The notes under the pieces: generated by a model
What the model saw: only the letters and a program-made list of their open reading frames with translations
The model's database searches: none
Told to the model about the DNA's origin: nothing
In this document: positions 11,726 through 24,108 of the stretch, in pieces
How the letters are laid out: every line of letters begins with the position of its first letter
Numbering within the stretch: the stretch's first letter is position 1
DNA from: Chiloscyllium plagiosum
Lineage: Eukaryota
Direction: 5' to 3'
Assembly (NCBI RefSeq): GCF_004010195.1
Contig: NC_057759.1
Coordinates: 5,609,725-5,673,724, forward strand
DNA: 64,000 nt
Position numbers and translations under genes: made by a program

Positions 11726-12767
11726 TTTCCCAAAAATTCCCAGAAACAAACATCAATTGGTCATTTCTCCCAATTCCCTTTTCTCCCAGTTTGACCAAAG
11801 GAACTGGGGCTGTGGGGGAAAGGGCAGAGAAGGTTTCAAGCTGGGACATTGCCCCTTTATGAAGCTCCAATGGAGCTCATTCCCGGGTCACGTTAATAAC
11901 TCCTCCCTCCGGCTCTCTCACAATCTGATCAGGGGGCGGGGAAGCTGGCGGCCACTCGGCCCATCTCCTGTGCCCACCATTCAATAACATCTCGTCTGAT
12001 CGAATGTTAACTGGGGTATGTAATCCTGCTGACCCCTCATCCACAAATATTAATTCCTTTAAGAAAGTAACATAAGTGGAAAATAGTAGCACATATGAAA
12101 TAAGTGGAACACTCTTACTAAGGCAGAATGTAACTGTTGGAGCGAGTCTTGCATCACAGTGTTAGTCCCTGTTTCTGGTTCAGGAGGCGTGTGCAAAAAT
12201 CAAACCTGGAGCAGGGGTGTGCAATAACGTCTCTGGGCCTCGATTTAGTGTATAGTGGACAACAGATGTTAGTGTCAGGTATGCTGCAGACAGAAACCTT
12301 GTGATGTATGCCACAACGAGAGACCCCAGGTATTTTTGTTTATTCACTCTAGGAATGTGGACGTCGCTGGCTGAGTTTCGCCTTTATTCCCCTTTGAGAA
12401 GGCGGTGGTGAGCCATCTTCTGGAACAGCTGTTGTCCATGTGCTGCCCACAATGCCATGAGCAGGGAATTCCAGGGTCTTGATCAAGCGACAGTGAAGGA
12501 AAGGGCATATATTTCCAAGTGATTATGGTGTGCGGCTTAGAGAGAAACTTGCCCTCTATCAAGCTGATGTCTCCCTATATCAACTGCATTTAACTTTTCT
12601 GATGGAGGTAGCCCTGAATTTGGAAAGTTTTACAATTTTACAAAGCTTTAGTATTACTTTTGTAAACTTAACAAAATGTTAGGGCTCTGTGAGATAATAT
12701 TTGATCCCAAAAATTGGGAAGAAAATAAACAGATAAACATAAAGCCTGGGAACAATTTAGAATTCAG

Positions 12768-13271
12768 GGCAGAGGAGATGACCTGGGGGTTGCAGTGAGA
12801 GAGAAACTCAGTGAGATCTTTGTAGAGAGATGGGGAGAACTTCTTCAAGGTAGCATCCTTACAAGACAATTCGCAGTAAGTTTCGAATCAACTTCATGGA
12901 CTTCACCAGTTTCCTTGTTTCCCCTCCCCCCACCTTACACCAGTTCCAACCTGCCAGCTCAGCAGCATCCTCATGACCTGTCCTACCTGCCAATCTTCCT
13001 TCACATCTATTCGCTCCACCCTCCTCTCTGACCCATCACCTTCATCCCCACGTCCAACCATCTATTACACTCCTCGCTACCTTCTCCCCAGCCCCACCCC
13101 GCTCCCATTTATCTCTCCATCCTGGAGGCTCCCAGCCTCATTCCTGACGAAAAGCTTTTGCCTGAAACATCAATTTTCCTGCGACTCGGATGCTGCCTGA
13201 CCTGCTGCGCTTTTCCAGCACCACTCTAATCTTGACTCTGATTTCCAACATCTGCAGTCCTCACTTTCGCC
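12768..13271 (+). mobile_element. Penelope-like element insertion with 16-bp target-site duplication
   Basis: ACAATTTAGAATTCAG at 12752-12767 and 13272-13287; 3' part is the reverse complement of 15264-15600. Confidence 0.8.
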
Positions 13272-13289
13272 ACAATTTAGAATTCAGCA

Positions 13290-14250
13290 AACGATGAGAT
13301 AAAGGGCTTAAGAAAGAGAAAATGAGGACTGGAGTAAGCTTGCAGATGTTTTGAAAAAGAAACTAACTATTAAAGTACTGATAAATGTGTAAAGGGGAAA
13401 TGAAAAAAAAACATGGGTTGGTGAACACAAAGATAGGTCTCTTACGATCAAAAAGAGGCAGTCCATATTAGGGAAGAAAAATGACTATCAATCCAAATAT
13501 GTAACTGTTGTTCTTTGATCACAAAGGACGACACAAATGATGCACCAGGAATGTTGGAGAACACAAAGTTCAGTGAGAGGAAAAAACTGAAACAAATCAG
13601 TATTGTTTGGAAAATTGTGTTGGGACAATGGATAGGATTGAAGCTGGGAAACAGCAGGGCCTGGTCATCCACATCCCAGAGTACTTAACATAGTGGTCAC
13701 AGAAATAGACAATGGTCATGTTCCAAGATTCCATAGACATTGCAATATTTTCCACAGATTGTGAGTTAGCTAATGTGACCAATCTATTTGAAAAGCAAGT
13801 TAGACATAATCTGGAAATTATAGGCCACTCAGCCTGCAGTAAAAAAAACTTGCAGAGTGTCTGCAGGAAAAAAAAGATTGAGACCAAACAAAGTCAGCAT
13901 GGATTCGAAATGCCTGTTCCTGTGTCATAATGTTCTATGTTCTCAGCTTGGCAAATCTGCTGGAGTAGAGGTGATAAGCAGATGGTGTCATTTGTATGTT
14001 TCCTTTGACAAAATTCCACAAAAAAACAAAATAAAGAACATGGTGTTGAGATGGATTTTAAAAAACTGCTTGACTGAAAGAAAACACGTAGAGGGAATAA
14101 ATGGATCATTTTTTCGATGGCAGGCAATGACTAGGAGTCATGGCAAGAATCATGATTAGAATCCTACTCTTCACAATATAGTCACAATGATTTAGAAGAG
14201 GAAACTAAATATAATATCTCCAGATTGACAGAAGACATAAAACTGGGTTT
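13290..14250 (+). mobile_element. Highly decayed CR1-clade LINE (ORF2 region)
   Basis: Remnants resembling GPxxIHPRVL, ANVTxLFxK, FDKxP and WIxNxL, with many frameshifts. Confidence 0.55.
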
Positions 14251-14482
14251 TTTAGATTAGATTCCCTACAACGTGGAAACAGGCCTTTCAGCCCAACTAG
14301 TCCACACCGACCCATTTCCCTCTGATTAATGCATCTAACACTATGGGTAATTTACTATGGCCAATTCACCTGACCTGCAGGTCTTTGGAATGTGGGAGGA
14401 AACCAGAGCACAGAGGCTGGAATTGAACCTGGGACCCTGGTGCTGTGAGGCATCAGTGCTAACCACCGAGCCACCATGCCAC
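14250..14482 (-). mobile_element. HE1-like SINE, internally deleted
   Basis: Reverse complement has the tRNA-like head and GGTGAATTGGCCAT core. Confidence 0.7.
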
Positions 14483-14897
14483 TCTATGGTAAGCTGTGAA
14501 ACAAGATGCATTGTGATTGTGTTGAGGAGAAGTCAATGGGCAAAAGCAATATATTGTGGATAAATGTATGGTTTTTAGTAAGGACAGTCAGAGTTGATAA
14601 AAATGAAACTGGAAAAGCGCAGCATCAGAGGAGCAGCAAAGTCAATGTTTTATTAGCAAATAGAAATAAATCATATATTAGACATAGACAACTGGGGTGA
14701 AAAGCATCTCGAACATTATGCAAATAGTAAGGGCATTCTTGAGAGGGAGATTAGGAAATCAAAGAGCGGGATACCAGATAGTCTTGGCAGATAAGGTTAA
14801 GCATAATTCAACGAGATTCTACTAGATCGTTCAAAGCAAGTTAACAATGAGAGAGAGAAAGAGAGTAGGGCACCTTAAAGATCAAAGAGGTAGTTGT

Positions 14898-16109
14898 TGT
14901 TGTCAGAGACTTTTCCCCCTGAAAGGGAATGCAAACTCAGCAGGCAGGCAGAACTCAGGCAAGTGGAGGTTTATTCATGCAAAACCCAGTTAAAGCAGGG
15001 ACAAAGGATCCTCTCCAGAGACCAGCCCTGAAAGGGAGATCATGACACACACTAAATTTATAACATAAAGCAGTATTTTTATAAATTTGCTGATAACAAT
15101 CACATACAACTTGATCACTTTGATCCTCCCTCATACTTCATAAACCCAATCCTATAAGACACCGAATCAATGACAGGCATTCCTTTAACAGGCCTCGGCT
15201 TCCCATGACCTCATGGCATTGAACAGACACTATAATCACTCATCTTTGCCATCTTTCTATGCAGGAGAAAGTGAGGATTGCAGATGCTGGAGATCAGAGC
15301 TGAAAATGTGTTGCTGGAAAAGCGCAGCAGGTCAGGCAGCATCCAAGGAGCAGGAGAATCGACGTTTTGGGCATGAGCCCTTCTTCAGGAATGAGGAAAG
15401 TGTGTCCAGCAGGCTAAGATAAAAGGTAGGGAGGAGGGACTTGGGGGAGGGGCGTTGGAAATGCAATAGGTGGAAGGAGGTCAAGGTGAGGGTGATAGGC
15501 CGGAGTGGGGGTGGGGGCAGAGAGGTCAGGAAGAAGATTGCAGGTTAGGAAGGCGGGGCTGAGTTCGAGGGATTTGACTGAGACACGGTGGGGGGAGGGG
15601 AAATGAGGAAACTGGAGAAATCTGAGTTCATCCCTTGTGGTTGGAGGGTTCCTAGGCGGACGATGAGGTGCTCTTCCTCCAACCGTCGTGTTGTTATGGT
15701 CTGGCGATGGAGGAGTCCAAGGACCTGCATGTCCTTGGTGGAGTGGGAGGGGGAATTGAAGTTTTGAGCCACAGGGTGGTTGGGTTGGTTGGTCCGGGTG
15801 TCCCAGAGGTGTTCTCTGAAACGTTCCGCAAGTAGGCGGCCTGTCTCCCCAATATAGAGGAGGCCACATCGGGTGCAGTAAATGATGTGCGTGGAGATGC
15901 AGGTGAATTTGTGGCATCTTTCTATGCATCCTCTTCATTCACATTCCAAAGTTCAATGCTAGACTCCTTCAGGCCTCTCAGACTGACTTTATCTGAGTCA
16001 GTTTGAATTCTGTTATTCATTGTATCTCATGTGCTTTCTTTATGAAATTCTGTTTTTCCTCTTATATTTCCCATTGTCCTAATTATGTGTGTTAAAAATA
16101 CCAACTACA
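14898..16109 (-). mobile_element. Possible solo LTR (interrupted by the Penelope insertion), itself inside a CR1
   Basis: Minus strand TGTAG...ACAACA ends, TATAAA at about 15080 and AATAAA at about 14972 in U3-R-U5 order; no TSD found. Confidence 0.35.
15264..15914 (-). mobile_element. Penelope-like element 3' part (GIY-YIG endonuclease) with 14-bp TSD
   Basis: YIGETGR..ERFREH...VAQNFNSPSHS...LEEEHLIVRLGTLQPQGMN; CATCTTTCTATGCA at 15250-15263 and 15915-15928. Confidence 0.9.
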
Positions 16110-16409
16110 TTTAGTTTTAACTAGTTGCTATAAGATTTGTAAGAATGCTTTCTGTTCTGGTTAGTTAGGTTTAGGTCTGTTTTGAAAGACTTCCAGCAGA
16201 GATACATGGAACCAAAACATTTATGCCTATGTGTGAAAGTTAGTAAGTTTTCAGAAGTACCTTCATTTGCCCTGGACAAAACAGATTACTCAGCCATTAA
16301 TGACAATGTACTAAGGGCAGACATTTGTCAGCCATTTTGTAGGAGCAGACATGGGCCATTTTGTTACCAGCAGCTCCAGTTCACCTCTGCAGTTCTGTTT
16401 AAATTTCAG

Positions 16410-18555
16410 AAGATGCGAGAGGCAGAAAATGAATTTTAACATCAGTTTTTACTGGGAAGCAGGCAAACTCATGAAAATGAATATTGATGTTTTGAAAAAA
16501 GTTCACATTACAGAAGAGGAAATGCTGGAGGTCTTTGAAAACAAAGTTGAATAATCTCCGAGACCTGATCTAGTGTATCCCAGGACATTGTGGGAAGTTA
16601 AGGAGGATATTGTGGCACCCCTTACAGAAATATTTGTATCATCTGTAACTATGGTGAGGTGCTGGATGATCGGTTATTGGGTAATATTTTGCCATTATTT
16701 TAAGAAGGGATGTAAGGAGAAACCTGGGAAGTATAGACCTGTAAGTCTAACTTGTGTGATGGGTACATTGTTTGAGGTGATTCTGAAAGATAGGATTCAA
16801 ATGTATGGTTTGGGGAGGAGAAGGAAATTATATTTCCCAAAGTTGATTGAGATTGTTGAGGGGGTATCCAAGAAGATTGAGGGCACATAGGTAAACATTA
16901 TTGACTTAAAGTTTGGTAAAGCCTTTTACAAGTTTCTGCATGGTAGAGTAAATAGCAAGGTTAGATTACATGGGATTCAGGTTGAGCGTGCCAATTGAAT
17001 ATAAAATTGGCATAACAGCAGGAGATAGAGAGGAGGTGGACAGTTGCTTATTAGACTGGATGCAAGTTACCAATGATGTTCCACCCCAATCACTGCTGGG
17101 TCCACTTGTTTGTTTTTTATGTAAATGATTTTGATGAAAATACAAAAGACATGGTTAGTAATTTTGCAGATGTCATCAAAATTGGTGGTATAGTGGACTG
17201 TGAAAGCTATCTCAGATTAGAAGCAAAGTTTGATTAAATCAGTCAAAGGCGTGAGGAATGGCAGATGGAGTTATTGAGGCATTGCATATTTACAAAACAA
17301 ACAAGGGTAGGCCTTATACAATTACAAGCAGGGCCTTGGGTCGTGCTGCTGAACAGAGAGACCTAGTTGGCCAGCTGCATATTTTTGAAGTTTGCTTCAC
17401 ATGTATACAATGTGAAGAAAACATCTAGCGTGCTTGCCTTCATTGCTCAGACCTTTGAGTACAGGAGTTGAAAGGTCATATTGAGGTTGTATAGGATGTT
17501 GATGAGTCCTCTTCTGGATTATCGTATCAAGTTCTGGTCACCCTGTTATCAAAAGTATACTGTTGAGCTGGAAAGGATTCAGGAAAGCTTTACTAGGATG
17601 TTGATGGGAATGAAAGATTCCATTACAAGAATAGGCTGAGACTTCTGTTCTCTGGAGCCGAAGATCTTGATGGGTGATAGAGTTTTGAAAATCATGAGGG
17701 CTAAAGGTAAGGGGCATGGTAGGGATCGTTTTCTATGGTAAGAGACTGCAAGACGATGAGACACATTTTTAAGGTAATCTTGATTGAATCAGTCAATAGT
17801 GTGAGGAATGGCAGATGGAGTTACGGAGACAAGGGTAGGCCTTATACAATTACAAGCAGGGCCTTGGGTAGTGCTGCTGAACAGAGAGACCTAGTTAGCC
17901 AGCTGCATATTTTTGAAGTTTGCTTCACATGTAGACAATGTGGTGAAAAAAACATTTAGCATGCTTGCCTTCATTGCTCAGACCTTGGAGTACAGGAGTT
18001 GGAAGGTCGTATTGAGGTTGTATAGGATGTTGATGAGTCCTCTTCTGGATTATCGTATCAAGTTCTGGTCACCCTGTTATCAAAAGTATACTGTTGAGCT
18101 GGAAAGGATTCAGGAAAGCTTTACTAGGATGTTGATGGGAATGAAAGATTCCATTACAAGAATAGGCTGAGACTTCTGTTCTCTGGAGCCGAAGATCTTG
18201 ATGGGTGATAGAGTTTTGAAAATCATGAGGGCTAAAGGTAAGGGGCATGGTAGGGATCGTTTTCTATGGTAAGAGACTGCAAGACGATGAGACACATTTT
18301 TAAGGTAAAAGGAAAAAGATTTTAAAAGTAAGTTTTTTTTAAAAAGAACAGTACAGATTGTGTGGAATTAACTTCGAAAGGGGGTGATGCATATGGACAC
18401 AGTCACAATGTTGAAAAGACATTTGGGTAAGTATATCATTGTTAAGATTTTGGAGGGTTATGGGCCAAGAACAGGCAGGTGGGACTTGTCTAGTTGGAGA
18501 TTATATTGGGTAAATACTGGTTGGACAGAAGAATCTGTTTCTGTGCTATTTGACT
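16410..18555 (+). mobile_element. Old CR1 LINE ORF2 to 3' end, with an internal ~531-bp tandem duplication
   Basis: YPRTLWEV..., YRPVSLT, LRLYRMLMSPLLDY; identical ORFs at 17579 and 18110. Confidence 0.85.
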
Positions 18556-18744
18556 GACCCTTGCCGTGAGGCAACTGTTCTGGTTTGATGTCAGTTCATT
18601 TTGAAAGCTTCTAAATGACAGCAGAAAGTCTCATTCAGAGCACTGTGCAATCAGACAACATCCTCAGTGTACGAAAATTTAACTGTAAAATGAATCTATC
18701 CATGGAATTCAAAGATAGGGCAATTCTGTTTGGCAGAGGTGGGT

Positions 18745-19062
18745 ATTGCGGATGCTGGAGATTAGAGTGGTGCTTGAAAAGCAAAACAGTTCAGGCAGCA
18801 TCTGAGAAGCAGGAAAATTGATGTTTCGGGCAAAAGCCTTTCCTGCTGCGCTTTTCCAGCACCACCCTAATAGAGTCATAGAGATGTATAGCATGGAAAC
18901 AGACCCTTCGGTCCAACCCATCCATGCCAACCAGATATCCCAACCCAATTTAGTCCCACCTGCCAGCACCCGGCCCATATTCCTCCAAACCCTTCCCATT
19001 CATATACCCATCTAAATGCCTCTTAAATATTGCAATTGTACCAGCCTCCACCACATCCTCTT
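18745..19062 (-). mobile_element. Penelope terminal fragment plus CR1 3' end
   Basis: Similarity to 15264-15395 and to the CR1 tails. Confidence 0.7.
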
Positions 19063-20399
19063 GTTTACCGTGGCGAATGATTTTAAAATTGCAAGTATTT
19101 TTACAGTGTAGATAAGAGGCTATTCGGCCAATCGATAATTACTGTTGTGCAACCTGGTTATTCCATCTAAAGAATAACATCGTAACTTTGTAATAGTAGG
19201 ATGTAGCAGCAGCATGAGGCCATTCTGCCCGTCCAGCTTGTTCTGCTATTCCATCATGGCTGATATTTCTCAAATTTCCCGTAACCTTCGATCCTTATTT
19301 TCGTGAATACCTGTCCATCTCAGGAATGATATCATTGTGTACTTGGCTGTCCATGCCATAAATGATAATTTGTTTTTATTTATTGTGGAACCCAGACGTT
19401 AATGTTCCATATTAGAGTATTTATATTTCCCAGGCATAACACTCAGCTCAGTTTTGTTACTGGGAGCCTGCAGATGTGTTATGTGGCGCGTTCTTCCCAC
19501 CTGCCCGCTCAGGCAGCGATAACAAATTGTCTTCGGGCAAGTAATAATTTGGATGAAATAAAAATTATTGATAGTGTGGTTCTGTAATTTTACCGGTGTA
19601 CACTATTTTGGTTTTTAAGATGTTTACATCGGCGGTTTTTCGATTGATTCACGGCGGATACAAGTTCGGTTGCTCATCCAGGGAGCGCAGGAAGCGATAG
19701 GGGACATTAGTACAGTATTTCTCTTGGAATTCAGTTAAAGACAAAAGGCAGCGGCAGTGAATTTGCAACTAATGAGATCTTCATTCAGAGATTGCGGAAA
19801 TATAGTAATTAGATGAGTGATGTTCACATCAAATTTTGGTATTGGGTTAGATATTTCAGGAAAAAACCCATCTCCTCATTGACTGACTCCCTTTGCGTTA
19901 ACATGGCTTGTGGTGAGGTGGAGGCAGGAGAGAAAAGGGAAAAAATTGCGCCAAGAGATCAACGGCTTATTTTCAAATTTGAAAATGCCCACCATCACTT
20001 TATCGCATTCCCTCCTTTTACAGCTGAAACATGACTGACTGCTTTTGAACACGCTCTTTCGAGGCCGGCGGAAAAAAAGTGGATATGAACCGAGCAGAGA
20101 ATATATTGCAGAGGTATATGCTACAGAGACAGTGGGAGGATTCAGCTCTTACTGATGCAGTTAAAGGAAATGTGAAGCCAAACCCGATCGGGAACACCCG
20201 TGACACTATTCTAAACTCATAGAACATTGGTCACTCAGGCAGTGACCGTGTAATGAGATATAATGTATGTCCGGACACCGTTAGAATCGTATTCTAGGAA
20301 ATAATCTTCCTCTGCTGCCACAGGCAGTAAAAATATCCAATAAAAATGAGATAGATATGTAGCGATGTTAAGTACTTGTCAGATTCAAGGATGGTCTCT

Positions 20400-20849
<450 letters not shown>

Positions 20850-21039
20850 TTATACATTCGGGCGGAATGGTGGGGCGGCCGTTTCTGATTGGTCCCATTG
20901 TCCAGCCCCGCCTAATGTTGTTTCAATTCCCAATCAGATATCTGCCTCATTCCCCAATCCGGAGAGGGCACGGGGAGAAGGGCGGAAAACACCGGCGCCA
21001 AATCATCAACCGCTTTTTTTACAATTTGAAAAGCCCGCC
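20850..21039 (-). promoter_or_regulatory. H2A promoter: TATAA, GC box, CCAAT boxes, E2F/CHR-like module
   Basis: TATAA 20850-20854, CCAAT near 20888 and 20931, GGCGCCAA at 20994, TTTGAAAAGCCCGCC 21025-21039. Confidence 0.7.
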
Positions 21040-21860
21040 AATGTCTACCGAAAAGTAGGCAGTTTAAACACAGAAGAATGCACGAATACTCGAGATAATT
21101 TACTTCTCCATTGAAAGTGTGCTCTTTACATTAACTGTCTACCTCATTCCCTAGCCTACTGGAACCTGCCCATTTCTGATCTTTAATTGGGATTTTCCAA
21201 AGGTTAAACAAAAAATAAGGCGCCAAACACTGCACTCTGCAACTGATTATTTATTTCACATTCAACAGCACCCCGATATACTGATACAACATGAGATTAC
21301 GTTCTCCCAAGAAAGCGCATTAATAGTGAAGACGATCCTTCGAGAATATTGTGAAGTTACCCTCCCTATTGCACACGATCATAGATCGATAAAAACTCCA
21401 CATTTACTCTGCCACTTCTGCAGCTGTTCCAGTTTTATTTAGGTGCATTTGGCATGACTCTGCATCCGGACAATACCCGTGCGTAGATTTGGCAATTAAA
21501 AATAAATAAAGTAAAATCGGACTCAGAGGGAAACCTTTTCTTGTTTGCTTGCCGGCGGGTGCTGGGGACATTTGGTTTGATGGGGATGAAACTCAGGGCT
21601 CATAGCTCCTGAACTGATCGAATAACCAAGAGCAACAAGGACATACAATCAGCTGAAAAATGACACAGTGGCGTTTAACATGATCTCTCTCCGCAGGCAG
21701 GGACTACAGGATACACATTAACGTATCAGAGAATAAGGCGCGGACGGGGTCAGCGATCACACAATACTTGACAGAACGTTTATTAAACACAAGTCTCGTA
21801 GATATATTTATTTAAAATACATAAACATAACGATTCAGCTGTTTCAGGGAAGTTGTAGGT

Positions 21861-21876
21861 GGCTCTTAAAAGAGCC
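21861..21876 (-). terminator. Histone 3' stem-loop of H2B
   Basis: GGCTCT-TTTA-AGAGCC followed by ACC and the purine-rich HDE-like GAAACAGCTG. Confidence 0.95.
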
Positions 21877-21913
21877 TTTGGGTTGTGGGTGTGTTTCAGT
21901 GCAATGCGGTCCT

Positions 21914-22291
21914 TCACTTGGAGCTGGTGTACTTGGTCACCGCCTTTGTACCCTCCGACACGGCGTGCTTGGCCAGCTCCCCGGGCAGCAGCAGCCGCAC
22001 GGCGGTCTGGATCTCCCGGGAGCTGATGGTGCTGCGCTTGTTGTAATGGGCCAGGCGGGAAGCCTCCCCCGCGATGCGCTCGAAAATATCTTTGACGAAC
22101 GAGTTCATGATGTTCATGGCCTTGGAGGAGATGCCGGTGTCGGGGTGAACCTGCTTCATCACTTTGTAGATGTAGATGGCGTAACTTTCTTTCCTGGACC
22201 GCCTCCTCTTCTTGCCACCCTTCGCTGGCGCCCTCTTCACCGCTTTCTTCGCGCCCTTCTTGGCAACTTGACCCTTCTTTTCCTCAGCCAT
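21914..22291 (-). CDS. H2B: Histone H2B (125 aa, intronless)
   Basis: [27 protein letters not shown]...[16 protein letters not shown]; ATG at 22291. Confidence 0.97.
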   Translation of the reverse strand: MAEEKKGQVAKKGAKKAVKRAPAKGGKKRRRSRKESYAIYIYKVMKQVHPDTGISSKAMNIMNSFVKDIFERIAGEASRLAHYNKRSTISSREIQTAVRLLLPGELAKHAVSEGTKAVTKYTSSK

Positions 22292-22346
22292 AGCGCCGCT
22301 CACTCTCAGATGCAGAATAAGGGAAAGCGGACTCGGAGCTCGCACG

Positions 22347-22443
22347 TTATAGACTGACGGCGTCATTCATGCTAATGAGGGATGGAGGAACGCCTGTCTT
22401 CTGATTGGCTACTTTGGAGGCATGGTAACCTCACTCTGATTGG
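22347..22443 (-). promoter_or_regulatory. H2B promoter: TATAA, octamer variant ATTAGCAT, two CCAAT boxes
   Basis: TATAA 22347-22351; ATTAGCAT 22369-22376, one mismatch to the H2B octamer ATTTGCAT; CCAAT near 22404 and 22439. Confidence 0.75.
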
Positions 22444-23339
22444 TTAGTCTGGGAATCAATGTGGATCTGTCAGGATCTGCAATATCATCGGAAACACAAA
22501 CCGAAATTTTGTGAAGGGATCAAATTCCAAGCTTGTTCTAAAGTGTGAGATTCTAATTGTAACGTATTCTGCATCTTTTGATAATGGTTTTCTTTTCCAT
22601 TTTAAAATGGCATCACAGTTATTGTCAAGTGAGAAAATGCACTGCAATCCGACAGGGAGTGTGTTTTACTCCTGGAAATGATGGAACTAATCGACAATTG
22701 CATCGTGATGGAGGAAAATGGGAGTTAAAGAATGTTCTCTTTTGCTTGTTTCTTGCTCTACACTCTCTGAAAATGAAGGACATCCTACCATCATCTACTC
22801 TATAAACTCCCTTCAGTTATCTATTCGCCGATTCTTCTTCAAATCTCCAATGAGTATCAGCCAAAGTATCCATACGTTACTCAGAATAGCTGTCAATTCC
22901 AATCTGATTACCTCAACGACTAAAGGGAACTGATGTGCCTTTTGCTTTCTGCTGACAAAATGAATTTTACTCTCTGTCTGTTCAGCTCCTCAATCAGTGT
23001 CAGCAGTGTCCTGCCAATATTTCAGTTCCTGAAATCTTACTTTGCACTACATTAGAATACATATTATTTGGTGCATTTCAGTTTCTAGCAGGAGTTTTTT
23101 TCATTATAAACTTTGCTATGTGGATTTTCTCTGAATTTTATTTGGTTACAAGTCATTTGTACTCATTCTGAACTGGTCACTGTTATTTAAGGATTGTTTT
23201 GAACATGGTACTTGTGTGAATTTTAATTGTGACAATCTCATGTTATTTGTTTTATCACTGTGATTCTCTGATTACACTGTGAATGATATTGTGTTCTTCA
23301 GAATTTCAGGTTGGTTAAGGGTTAGTTTACCGCTCGTTA

Positions 23340-24108
23340 GTGGCTGTGCGGTTTTTGATCTCCCATGTGAGCTTTCAGGAGGAGAATGATTATTACTCTC
23401 TCACAATCTATCCCTGTCAGTTTCTGCTATCTCAACGTGTGAGTGTAGTAATCAGTCTGTATCTGTCAGTGATTACGTTCATACAATTATCACTCAATCC
23501 CACTTTGGCCCAACAAGTCCACACCGACCCACCGGTGATAGATTGTGAGAGAGTAATAATAAGCTTCATCGAAACAGTCTGTAATTTTTGTTCTTAAATT
23601 TCTCCAAAAACAATAAATGCAAGGTTTTCTTCTCAAACATGAAGTATTTCTGTTGATGAGTCTTCGGTTTTCTGTAAAGATACCCAATAGGCCTCAAACT
23701 GTTTGCTCTAGTAGTCTCTGCCTTAAAATTGCTCTTCAAGAACAAAAGGACAAAATAAACCTCTTCAAGCCATTATCTCACCACACAGTGTCCATCTCTC
23801 ACTTCCTGTATTGTGAATATGAAAATTAATTTATCGACCTGTACCTGTCCATTCTGGCCAAATGAACATGTAAATGTTGTCATTAATTGTCCTTGTCAGT
23901 TATTGCAATTCAAGCGTGTGACTGTCATTATAAATCTACCCCCTCAGTTTCTGCTGTGTGAATGTGAGTTTAGTTATCAATCTGTATCTGTCAGTTTCTG
24001 CTAGGTGTAAAAAGTGTGTGTGTCAATATATGGCTGTCAGATTTTGTTCTGTGAATAGTTATCAAAGTGTACCTGTCAGTTCATGTTCTGTGAAATGTGA
24101 GTGTTATC
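23340..24108 (+). repeat. 47-49 bp tandem repeat (resumes at 27118-27690 after the CR1 insertion)
   Basis: Same TATCAATCTGTACCTGTCAGTTTCTG unit. Confidence 0.7.

Larger units (their letters stand above)
4498..12000. repeat. Left arm of large inverted segmental duplication (partner about 52750-61480)
   Basis: Colinear reverse-complement matches, e.g. 4590-4640/61350-61400, 8380/58045, 10560-10640/55530-55610, 11800-11970/52780-52960. Confidence 0.9.
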
